From contig NZ_CP066019.1 of NCBI RefSeq assembly GCF_016127575.1, positions 420,001 through 452,000 of the forward strand: a DNA stretch of 32,000 nucleotides, given 5' to 3'. Position numbers and translations under genes: made by a program. The notes beneath the pieces were generated by a model that saw nothing but the letters and a program-made list of their open reading frames with translations, searched no databases and was not told the DNA's origin. Within the stretch, counting starts at the first letter, position 1; the number at the start of each line of letters is the position of its first letter. This DNA is from Cupriavidus necator (GTDB taxonomy: Bacteria; Pseudomonadota; Gammaproteobacteria; Burkholderiales; Burkholderiaceae). Shown here piece by piece: positions 8,793 to 16,913 of the stretch.

Positions 8793-9798
8793 GATAGTCC
8801 CCCCGGCTTCAGTGGTGTGATCTGTACTGCCAGCGTAGCGCACCAGAGCGCCAGAGCCCATCATGCAAACAGCCTAGTGCGCCTGTTGTCCGTTTGATGG
8901 TGGCGACCAGAATGGAGGAGCCGTCCCCTTAGGCGCCCCAGTTACTGGGCCTCCCAATATTGCCGGATCCTCGCGCAGGATGGCGTGCAGAGTTAGTGTG
9001 CCGAATCGGAAGCGGTGGAATGCCACCACATTGGCCGCTATCGCTCCACGAGTAAAGCAGCGACAGCGCTAGCGGCGGCCTGGGCCCAGCGAATTATCCT
9101 GGGCGCGCCTGAGCGCGCTAAGTCCCTTGGGCGGGAACCGCACAGACGCGAGCGAGGCGTTCCGCCTCGACAGAGGCTAGAGGCCAAAAGCCGTCACAGC
9201 ATTTTGGAATCTGTCGATGCCATGACAACAATGCAAATGACCAAGGAAGAGTTCGGCCAAGAGAAACCCGGGTGAATGAAAGGTACAGCTCGCCGGTGCG
9301 TGGACTCTGAATGTGGAGACTCGCCCCAAGAGGCCATATGCCTCAACGCTCAGTCAGAGCTTTGATCTCGTTATTCACTTGCCCCAACACTCATCGGCGG
9401 GTTGTATGAAGAAGCTACACAATGGAACTAGTGCGCGGCATTGGCCATAAGGATGACTCTGTACGGCGGGATTGGAAAGGGGCTCGTTGCCGGGATTACC
9501 CCCAAAGCGGGGACAACGACATGCTGAGTCGTCGCGTGAAATGGTTCTGTTGTGTCGCAAACAGTTCTACCTCGTCAGGGCACGTTTCTTAAATGAAACT
9601 TAGGGCAATGCCGCTGGCGACTGCGGGGACATCACGAGGCGCCCACAGGATTGGCTATTTCTATCCTGTCGTTCCTGATGCTGCCCCCTGAACTCTGGAG
9701 CGCATGGCGACTGCGATCAGAAGCATATTAGGGGTGGCTCGCCTCCGGGGTATTGCGCATGCTGGCATGCCTTCCCACTCTGTGCACTGGCCATCAAG

Positions 9799-9867
9799 GT
9801 GGGGAATGAGGCGTGCATTCCACAAGGCACGCTCTTGCAGTGGCGCATTCCGAATGCTGTGGGGAAT
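9799..9867. promoter_or_regulatory. Cluster of dyad and direct repeats upstream of ORF 9928 (candidate operator/promoter)
   Basis: GTGGGGAAT occurs at 9799-9807 and again at 9859-9867. There is a hairpin GGAATGaggcgtgCATTCC at 9803-9821 and a palindrome GCATTCcGAATGC at 9845-9857. Confidence 0.3.
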
Positions 9868-9927
9868 ATGCGGCAACTCTCTAGGCCCGCGATCTGGCGG
9901 GTTGGGCAATCGACCGGGGGGCAGACT

Positions 9928-10212
9928 ATGAGTACGACCGAAGCCGTCCCTTGCTTACTATGCGCCGTTCTTGCGCGACGCTGGGTCGACCAACGAGATC
10001 GCGGGCGTGGTAGCCGCATCTATCGCTGTGCTGCCTGTGGTGGGCGATTCGCAGTCACTGGCGATGCTCTAGGCGCCATCGAGCAGGGACGTTGGGATGT
10101 TGCCAAGCTGAAGGTTGCGGTTAGGCGGAGCATTGCTTCGGGCGTCCTTCCGCGCATTGAAGTTGCAGACGGATGGCCGAGCGTGATCGCGATCGGGCGT
10201 CAGGCATCCTGA
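9928..10212 (+). CDS. Hypothetical small protein with putative CxxC...CxxC zinc ribbon (94 aa)
   Basis: MSTTEAVPCLLCAVLARRWVDQRDRGRGSRIYRCAACGGRFAV... A G-rich SD-like run (gggggg) lies 6 nt before the ATG at 9928. I recognise no family. The track ORF starts further upstream at 9799. Confidence 0.4.
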   Translation: MSTTEAVPCLLCAVLARRWVDQRDRGRGSRIYRCAACGGRFAVTGDALGAIEQGRWDVAKLKVAVRRSIASGVLPRIEVADGWPSVIAIGRQAS

Positions 10213-10523
10213 GTTCGTTCCATGACGCTCCACTGATTGTCGCCATTGCGCCAGGCAAGCTCGCTTGAAAGCCACAGTACTACCTCTGCCCCGATGTGAG
10301 GAGGCTCTCTTGAGGGTACTGTGGAACCTGCGCGCCGAGCACCCCGAGGATGCCAGAAGCGTTGTTGTTGTCAGACACTCTCCTACGAAAATTTCGCCGT
10401 AGGAGAAACCTCAATGTTTGAGGCAAGCAGGACTGGGCCAGAGAGCTCTTCGCCTATCTTCGGCGTTTGTCCGCTTTGACGGAACTTCGGCCAGTGGATG
10501 CATGAGGATTGAGCGGCAGAAGC

Positions 10524-11031
10524 TGGCCGGCAAGCGCTCCCCTCGCCGGCCAGAGGTTTGTCACACTTCGGTCTGCTCAGCCATTTCAAGCGCGTCGTCG
10601 ACTTCGATACCGAGGTGGCGAACCGTGCTCTCCTGCTTCGTGTGGCCCAGCAGCAATTGCACTGCGCGAAGGTTCTTGGTTCTACGGTAGATGAGCGACG
10701 GCCTTGGTCCGCCCCATGGTGTGGGTGCCGTACGCCGTGTCATCTAAGCCGATGGACTCGATCCAGCGATGTACGAGCCTGGCGTACTGACGTGTGGACA
10801 GGTGGGCCGAGGCGTGAATCCGACTCGGAAACAGAGCATCCGACGAGCGCAATCCGCGATGGGCGATCCATGCCCTCAAGACTTGAGCGGGTCTGCTCCG
10901 TAATCTCGAACTGAACCGGTCTATGCGTCTTTTGCTGGATCACCATCGCGCGGATACTAACGCGGGTGCCCTGACAAACGTCTCGTACGCATAGCCTTGT
11001 GAGATCACACGCTCGAAGCTTGCTATCGATC
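10524..11031. repeat. Direct repeat copy B (508 bp) of 5173..5678
   Basis: See copy A. Relative to A it carries +1 insertions within gagcgacgGccttgg (about 10698) and tgccCtcaag (about 10873). Confidence 0.95.
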
Positions 11032-11189
11032 GCAAGATTGAACAGTGCGAGCTCACGAAGATTCGACGACATCTGTAGCCTTGTACGAATCGCCCAGATC
11101 TCGCAGAGCTTCAGCGGCGGCTTTTGTCCGGTGACCTTACCCTTATTCAATGGCGCACGCGGGGTCACGGGTGAATTCGACGTCTCCAT
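10558..11189 (-). pseudogene. Small tyrosine-recombinase gene copy B: full length (~209 codons) but broken by two +1 frameshifts
   Basis: It is split into three track ORFs: 10740..11372, 10682..10879 and 10561..10743. The N-terminus METSNSPVTPRAPLNKGKVTGQKPPLKLCEIWAIRTRLQMSSNLRELALFNLAIDSKLRACDLTRLCVRDV... has AGGAGA 5 nt upstream of the ATG at 11189. Removing the two inserted bases restores a frame colinear with copy A. Confidence 0.85.
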
Positions 11190-11739
11190 GATCATCTCCT
11201 TTCGAACGAAGGTAGAATCAGTTTGCGCGCGCTGCAGATCTTCGCTGATGTCTCCGTCAGTCGGGCTGCAACGCGTGCCTCGAAAACTGTGCCGCAGACG
11301 GTCGCCGACCGACCCTTCTCCGACCCCCAAACATGGCTGTTGAATGTCCGTTGAAGGCATGAGATGCGACATCTGCGCAGTTCAGTGCTGTCGACTGATC
11401 GAGCCCATCTCGGATGGTTTCCAGCATCTGACTGAACGTCCGCGTAGGCCACGCTCCAGCCGTGCGAGTGAGGTCACCTACGGCTTTCGCCGGGCGGGAG
11501 CCCCGTCAATTTCGAGCCCCTCGCTAGTGCATTGCGAATCTTGGCGCGCGCGGCCACGCTCATTGCCATGTCCAGCAGGAAGTGGCGGCCGTCATGCCCC
11601 GGTCGAGCCGTTTGCGCCTGCCGCATCGGTGCCGGTCGCGTTCTGGCCGGGCATTACGCCAGTTTATACATTGACATCATCCAGGACGGCTGGTTTGGCG
11701 GACACGTAAGCGCCAGAATCCCCCAACCAGTGAGGTGAA

Positions 11740-12645
11740 ATGAAATATCAACTGTTCAACTACGAAGGCCGCGATGGCACGATCAACGTCGGCGTGCACG
11801 CGGACAGCCGGCATGTGCAATTCGCCGCAGGCACCGTTGACGGCCTGTTGCAGGACTGGCCCGCCGCGCAGCTACGCATTGCGCGCTTCATTGCGCAACT
11901 GCCGCTGGCCGCCGAGACGATGGAGCCCGCACAGATCCGCTTCCTGCCGCCGCTGAGCCAGCCCGGTGTCATCTATGGGGCAGGGGCGAACTACCGCGAC
12001 CATGTCGTGGCCATGGCAAAGGCCGTCAATATGGACCTGACGACAGATCCGAAGGCCGATGGCGTACCGCCGTGGCACTTCATCAAGGCCGGCCGGGGAA
12101 CACTGTCCGCCCACCGCCAGGCGCTGCCTTATCCCTCGCACACGCGAATGCTCGACTGGGAGGCTGAACTTGCGGTGGTGATCGGCAAGGCATGCCGCAA
12201 CATCTCGCCGGGCGACGCGCTCGACTGTGTAGCGGGATATACCATTGCCAACGACCTGTCGGCACGCGACAACCTGCGTCGCGAGCAGGTCGATGCAAGT
12301 TCGCCGTTCCGCTTTGACTGGATCGGCCACAAGTGCTTTGAAGGCTCCTGTCCCCTCGGTCCTTACCTGACTCCCGCGGCTTTCGTGGCGTCCCCTGAAG
12401 CGCTGGATATCAAGCTTTGGGTCAATGACGAACTCAAGCAGAACTCGAATACGTCCAATCACCTTTACACGGTTGCCGAGCAGATCGCCTACTTGAGCGA
12501 GCGGCTCACGTTGTATCCGGGCGATGTGCTGCTCACCGGGACGCCTGCCGGCGTTGGCATGGAATCGGGAGTCTTCCTGAAGCGCGGCGACAGTATCCGC
12601 GTCTGGATTGATGGACTGGGCGAACTGGAGACATCGTTGCAGTAG
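11740..12645 (+). CDS. Fumarylacetoacetate hydrolase (FAH) family protein
   Basis: 301 aa. GAGGTG lies 4 nt before the ATG. Motifs: GAGANYRDH, DWEAELAVVIGK, GYTIANDLSARD, GDVLLTGTPAGVG. Confidence 0.9.
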   Translation: MKYQLFNYEGRDGTINVGVHADSRHVQFAAGTVDGLLQDWPAAQLRIARFIAQLPLAAETMEPAQIRFLPPLSQPGVIYGAGANYRDHVVAMAKAVNMDLTTDPKADGVPPWHFIKAGRGTLSAHRQALPYPSHTRMLDWEAELAVVIGKACRNISPGDALDCVAGYTIANDLSARDNLRREQVDASSPFRFDWIGHKCFEGSCPLGPYLTPAAFVASPEALDIKLWVNDELKQNSNTSNHLYTVAEQIAYLSERLTLYPGDVLLTGTPAGVGMESGVFLKRGDSIRVWIDGLGELETSLQ

Positions 12646-12757
12646 GGCAATACCACGGGCGGCGTTCGCCGCCTGACATGGGGAGCCGTTCAGGCTCGCG
12701 TCCGCACGGGCACCACATAGAGTGCCTGACGGGCAATGACAATTCGACGGAGGAGAC

Positions 12758-13413
12758 ATGAAACAGAAATGCGTGGCAATCGCCGCCGCGCTGGCGCTGC
12801 TCGCGCCGGCGCTGGCCAGTGCTGAAGTGAAGGTCGGCATTCTTGCCACCCTTTCGGGGCCGTCGGCCGATGTCGGGCGCGACCAATACGATGGCTTTCT
12901 GCTTGCCGTTGAGCAAGGCGGCGGCAAGCTCGGCGGACAGCCGGTCCGCCTGATCAAGGAAGATGACCAGGCGCGCCCGGACGCAGGGCTTGCGGGGGTG
13001 CGGCGACTTCTCGAACTTGAGCGCGTCGCCACGCCGTATTTCGCCACCTGGACCGTCGGCATCGTGTTCGCGATGATCGCCGCATTCATGCCGCTCAATG
13101 TGCTGGCCGAGTTGATCAATATCGGCACGCTCTCCGCCTTCACGCTGATCTCGATCGCGGTGCTGGTGCTGCGCCGGACCCGTCCGGAGCTGCCGAGAGC
13201 TTTCCGCTGTCCCGGCGTGCCGGTGGTTCCGCTGCTATCGGTGGGCTTCTGCCTGTTTCTGATGGCGCACCTTCAAGCGCTGACCTGGATCGCTTCCTGA
13301 TTTGGCTGGGGATCGGCCTGTCGATCTACTTCCTGTACGCGCGCCGCAACGCGGTGCTGCACGGTGGCCAGGTAGCACGCGGTGCCAGCCGTAAGAGTCC
13401 CGAGACACGGTAA
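12758..13413 (+). pseudogene. Chimera: N-terminal ~90 aa of a LivJ/LivK-type periplasmic binding protein fused in frame to the C-terminal ~125 aa of an APC-family amino-acid permease; a further frameshift lies near 13290
   Basis: A signal peptide (MKQKCVAIAAALALLAPALASA) is followed by EVKVGILATLSGPSADVGRDQYDGFLLAV...LIKEDDQARPDAG. At ~13025-13032 the sequence switches to ATPYFATWTVGIVFAMIAAFMPLNVLAELINIGTLSAFTLISIAVLVLRRTRPELPRAFRCPGVPVVPLLS...TW. After the stop at 13300 the -1-shifted frame continues RFLIWLGIGLSIYFLYARRNAVL...*, which is the canonical APC tail, ending at 13413. Confidence 0.75.
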
Positions 13414-13622
13414 GCGGATGTGGAGGCCGACCTTGGGGTAAGCGAAAACCCTAGCCCCGCCCGCACCGAGAAACTGGGTAAGATGCCAACCCGGCGCCGG
13501 CGCGACAAGATCGCCCGCAGCCGAACGGGATTGGGGCTCCAGGCCCCATCAACGCCGCACCGCACTGCAACCCAGGCGGTGTGTCAAGGAAGGCAGAGCT
13601 ACAGCTTTGCATTCCCCACGTC

Positions 13623-14720
13623 ATGGAGAAGAAGTTGAACGACCGTACCCACGCGGCGGCCGCTGTCCGCCTTTTCGGCACCGGCGAAGGCCTGTCCCAC
13701 GAGCGCGTAACGCTCGCCACCGATCCGGAATCCGGCCTGCAGGCCATCATCGCCATCTACAACACCAGACTGGGCCCCGCATTCGGCGGCTGCCGGTACT
13801 GGGCCTATCCCGCCGAAGCCGACGCGCTGTCCGATGCGCTGCGCCTGTCACAGGGCATGGCCTACAAGAACGCCCTCGCCGGGCTGCCGTTCGGTGGCGG
13901 CAAGGCGGTGATCCTGCGTTCCCCGGCGCAGACCGACCGCAAGCAACTCTTCCGCGCCTTCGGCCGCATGATCGAGTCGCTGCAAGGCAGCTATATTACG
14001 GCCGAGGATGTCGGCACGACGGTGGACGACATGCGTGCCGTTCAGGCCGAGACCCGCTACGTCAGCGGCATGCCGCGCGACGGCGGCTTCGGCGGCAATC
14101 CCTCGCCGTGGACGGCATACGGCGTGTTCGTCGGCATCGAGGCGGCGGCGCTGTATCGCCTGGACCGCAAGTCGCTCGCCGGCTTGTCCGTGGCCGTCCA
14201 GGGACTGGGTTCGGTGGGCTGGGAGCTTTGCCGCCGTCTCCATGAAGCGGGCGCCACCCTGACCGTGGCCGATATCGACGCCGGCCGCACGACGCAGGCG
14301 CAACAGCAGTTTGGCGCCCGCGTCGTATCGCCGGAAGCCATCACGGCCGTCGACGCCGATGTATTCGCGCCTTGCGCGCTGGGTGCCGTCATCACCCCGG
14401 CCGTGGCCGAAAGCTGCCGTTTCCGGGCCATCGCCGGCGGGGCAAACAATCAACTCGCTTCGCTCGCCGAAGGTGACATCCTGCACCAGCGCGGGATCTT
14501 CTATGCGCCCGACTTCCTCATCAATGCCGGCGGCATCGTGAGTTGCGCCCGGGAATACCTCGGCGGTGTCGACGACTCGGACCTGCGCGACGAAGTGGCA
14601 GGCATCCGCGAACGGGTGCTCAGGCTGGCGCAACGCGTGGAGTCGACCGGCCAGGCGCCGGCGCGCGCGGCGGTGACATGGGCGCACGAGGTGTTGTCGC
14701 GTGGCATCGGGCCGAACTGA
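13623..14720 (+). CDS. Leu/Phe/Val-type amino-acid dehydrogenase (Glu/Leu/Phe/Val dehydrogenase family)
   Basis: Motifs: IIAIYNTRLGPAFGGCRYW, AYKNALAGLPFGGGKAVI (catalytic Lys motif) and the Rossmann segment VAVQGLGSVGWELCRRLHEAGATLTVADID. The start is placed at the ATG at 13623; the track ORF begins at the GTG at 13581. Confidence 0.9.
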   Translation: MEKKLNDRTHAAAAVRLFGTGEGLSHERVTLATDPESGLQAIIAIYNTRLGPAFGGCRYWAYPAEADALSDALRLSQGMAYKNALAGLPFGGGKAVILRSPAQTDRKQLFRAFGRMIESLQGSYITAEDVGTTVDDMRAVQAETRYVSGMPRDGGFGGNPSPWTAYGVFVGIEAAALYRLDRKSLAGLSVAVQGLGSVGWELCRRLHEAGATLTVADIDAGRTTQAQQQFGARVVSPEAITAVDADVFAPCALGAVITPAVAESCRFRAIAGGANNQLASLAEGDILHQRGIFYAPDFLINAGGIVSCAREYLGGVDDSDLRDEVAGIRERVLRLAQRVESTGQAPARAAVTWAHEVLSRGIGPN

Positions 14721-14862
14721 GCGTCGCGTCGACCAGGAAGCCGATGAACGAATTCCCGAAGCCCCACAGTTCGACCAGCGCCAGCGCTGGTTGATGTGCT
14801 GGCTGGGGAATACGCACGGGCGCGAGCGGAGACGGCGCGGCTGATTTAGGCAGCTACCAACC

Positions 14863-16090
14863 GCAGATTCAACCGGTCAACGCAACAGCTTGATGGAATC
14901 GTTCAGCCGGTGTATCGAAGTTTAGTGTCTTGCGCGGGCGTTCGTTGAGCCGCCTGGCGATGGCATTGAGCTTGGCTTGTGAATAGACCGAGAGATCGGT
15001 TCCTTTCGGGAGGTACTGTCTCAAGAGCCCGTTCGTGTTTTCGTTCGTGCCGCGCTGCCAGGGATTCTGAGGATCGCAGAAATAGACCTTGATATCGGTC
15101 GCGACAGTGAAGCGCTTGTGGCCAGCCATCTCTGTGCCGCGATCCCACGTCAGCGATTTGTACAATTCCTGCGGTAGCTTGCCAGCGTGCTTGATCAGGG
15201 CGTTGACTACAGCCTCAGAGTCCTTGCTGGCAATCTTCACCAGCATCACAAACCGGGTCTGGCGTTCGACGAGTGTTGCAATCTGACTGTTGGCGCTGCC
15301 GAACAGCAGATCGCCTTCCCAGTGCCCAGGTATCGCGCGATCCTCTGCCGTGGCAGGGCGTTCACTGATCGATACGGCATCTCGGATGTTCGTACGGTTG
15401 TCGGTCTTCAGTGTGTGTTGGCGCGATCTACGCATGGCTCGAGAACGCCGTAGGTGTTCCAGCAACTCCCTTTTCAGCGCGCCACGGGCCTGGATGTAGA
15501 GGCTCCGATAGATGGTTTCGTGCGACACCTGATAGTCCCTGTTGACCGCGTACACGTGCTTGAGCCAACCCGCAATCTGCTCTGGCGACCACTGCAATCG
15601 AAGCTTGCTTGCCACCACCTGGGCAAGTGTCCGATTCTTGACGAGCTTACATGCCTTTGGGCGCCGCGCGCGCTCCCATGTGAGCTCGTCGGCCTGGTTC
15701 GCCAGATAGCCCTGTCTGCCCCCATTTCGCCGGACCTCGCGGCTGATAGTAGAAGGAGCACGCCCCAGGCGGGCTGCTACGGATCGGATGGAGTGGCCGG
15801 CGACTACTGCGCGCGAAATCTCCTCTCGTTCGGCAAGCGTCAAGGCCAGCCTGGAGCGGTGTCGTTGCGCTGGCTGTATTCCGCCAGTCTTGGCGAGAAT
15901 CCCTTGTATGGAGGAGTGGTAGCGATCGAACAGTCGGGCAATCTGCGCAAGCGTGTCACCTTTGCGCCACCGCTCCCACATCAGTGCCTTTTGAGTCTCG
16001 GTGTAGTAGATCCGCCGTCTTTGTTTCATTTGCAGCACCCCTCAGGCTCGCAAAGCCTTTAGTGTGTTGCATCGACCGGTGGAATCTGCA
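14863..16090 (-). mobile_element. IS30-family insertion sequence, apparently intact (1228 bp)
   Basis: The terminal inverted repeats are GCAGATTCAACCGGTCAACGCAACA (14863-14887) and the reverse complement of 16066-16090, GCAGATTCCACCGGTCGATGCAACA; 22 of 25 positions match. A single transposase ORF fills the element and its stop lies inside the left IR. Confidence 0.9.
14869..16029 (-). CDS. IS30-family DDE transposase
   Basis: N-terminal HTH region: RRRIYYTETQKALMWERWRKGDTLAQIARLF..., LTLAEREEISR, STISREVRRNGG. The catalytic core contains HWEGDLL, LTWDRGTEMAGH and NENTNGLLRQYLPKGTDLS. The ATG at 16029 is preceded by GAGGGG; the track ORF starts at the GTG at 16038. Confidence 0.92.
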   Translation of the reverse strand: MKQRRRIYYTETQKALMWERWRKGDTLAQIARLFDRYHSSIQGILAKTGGIQPAQRHRSRLALTLAEREEISRAVVAGHSIRSVAARLGRAPSTISREVRRNGGRQGYLANQADELTWERARRPKACKLVKNRTLAQVVASKLRLQWSPEQIAGWLKHVYAVNRDYQVSHETIYRSLYIQARGALKRELLEHLRRSRAMRRSRQHTLKTDNRTNIRDAVSISERPATAEDRAIPGHWEGDLLFGSANSQIATLVERQTRFVMLVKIASKDSEAVVNALIKHAGKLPQELYKSLTWDRGTEMAGHKRFTVATDIKVYFCDPQNPWQRGTNENTNGLLRQYLPKGTDLSVYSQAKLNAIARRLNERPRKTLNFDTPAERFHQAVALTG

Positions 16091-16143
16091 ACGCATAGCC
16101 GCCATTGGCCTCGTGAACGCGGCTTCTTAGGTGAACCGAAGCC

Positions 16144-16776
16144 TTACCTGAGGCCTTCGGTATCCAGGGACTTGCGCACAGCCGGCCGCTCCCGCATACG
16201 GAGATACCAGGTCCTGAGATTCTCCAGGCCGTCGAAGTGGATGTCGGTCTTGTAGACCGACTCAAGCCACTCGGCTTGGCCCCATTGGGTTAGGGAATAA
16301 AGGTAGGCGTCGGCGACAGTGTAGGTGTCACCCATCAGATAGTCGCGGCCGGCGAGTTTCTCGTTAAGCCAGGCGTAACGCTTTTCCAACTTCGGCTTCG
16401 CAGTCTCGACGCCGTACTTGCCCGCCAGCCTCGCATAGAGCAGCGGAATGAAGCCCTTATGGATCTCGGAAGTCAGGAAGCTCAACCACTCCTGCAGACG
16501 ATAGCGGTCGATGGTCCCGTTCGCCGGGGCCAAGTTCGACTCGGGTTTCATATCTGCCAGATACTGAACAATGGCCGGCCCCTCGCACAGCCGCGTGCCG
16601 TCGTCGAGTTCAAGGAGTGGGACGTAGCCAAAAGGACTGAGTTCGAAAAAATCGCGACCGTCTTCAGTTTCGTGAGTTTTGTAGTCCACCTTCGCGAGGG
16701 TTACGTCCAGCCCCAATTCATTGAACACGATGTGGGGCGACAGCGAGCAAGCACCCGGAATGTAGTACAGCTTCAT
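16144..16776 (-). CDS. Glutathione S-transferase (beta-class, Gst-like)
   Basis: The N-terminus MKLYYIPGACSLSPHIVFNELGL...GYVPLLELDDGTRLCEGPAIVQYLAD closely follows the E. coli Gst-type N-terminus (MKLFYKPGACSL). Confidence 0.9.
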   Translation of the reverse strand: MKLYYIPGACSLSPHIVFNELGLDVTLAKVDYKTHETEDGRDFFELSPFGYVPLLELDDGTRLCEGPAIVQYLADMKPESNLAPANGTIDRYRLQEWLSFLTSEIHKGFIPLLYARLAGKYGVETAKPKLEKRYAWLNEKLAGRDYLMGDTYTVADAYLYSLTQWGQAEWLESVYKTDIHFDGLENLRTWYLRMRERPAVRKSLDTEGLR

Positions 16777-16876
16777 TTCATATCCCTAAAGGTCATCGCA
16801 AAGCGGCGTGCCTTGCTGATGGATCGAATGATGCTGAAGATGGTATAGAAAGGGAAGAAGGCACTAAAATGTGGTG

Positions 16877-16897
16877 TAGGTACATTTTTTATACCTA
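16877..16897. promoter_or_regulatory. Dyad TAGGTA-N9-TACCTA in the GST/HxlR divergent intergenic region (candidate HxlR operator)
   Basis: gTAGGTAcattttttaTACCTAt lies 17 nt upstream of the HxlR ATG in an AT-rich 137-bp intergenic region. Confidence 0.3.
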
Positions 16898-16913
16898 TGA
16901 CTGAGAGGCTTCC

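Noticed and set aside
9015-9275. 86-aa ORF in the 8865-9800 gap
   Set aside because: There is no SD, no motifs and mixed composition. The region looks like decayed non-coding DNA with scattered short hairpins.
9453-9527. Gly-rich mini-ORF MTLYGGIGKGLVAGITPKAGTTTC, considered as a double-glycine bacteriocin precursor for the C39-type exporter
   Set aside because: It is on the opposite strand to the exporter stub. The GG lies at residues 5-6, giving a far too short leader. The AGGA overlaps the ATG. The exporter is truncated anyway.
10310-10402. 30-codon TTG ORF with a strong GAGGAGG 5 nt upstream
   Set aside because: The spacing is attractive, but the peptide (MRVLWNLRAEHPEDARSVVVVRHSPTKISP) has no features. 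The stop lies inside a hairpin. This cannot be supported without conservation or expression data.
11872-13143. 423-aa minus-strand ORF
   Set aside because: It is antisense to the FAH-family gene and the SBP/APC chimera. The composition is low-complexity and there are no motifs.
13607-14687. ORFs 13607..14245 (+, alternative frame) and 13848..14687 (-) overlapping the amino-acid dehydrogenase gene
   Set aside because: They are Arg/Pro/Gly-rich shadow frames. The 13623..14720 frame carries the GGGK catalytic and Rossmann motifs.
14620-14817. Minus-strand ORF with a hydrophobic stretch (ALALVELWGFGNSFIGFLV), considered as a gene disrupted by the IS30 element
   Set aside because: It overlaps the 3' end of the dehydrogenase gene. 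The sequence right of the IS (16091-16143) does not continue the frame. This is most likely chance.
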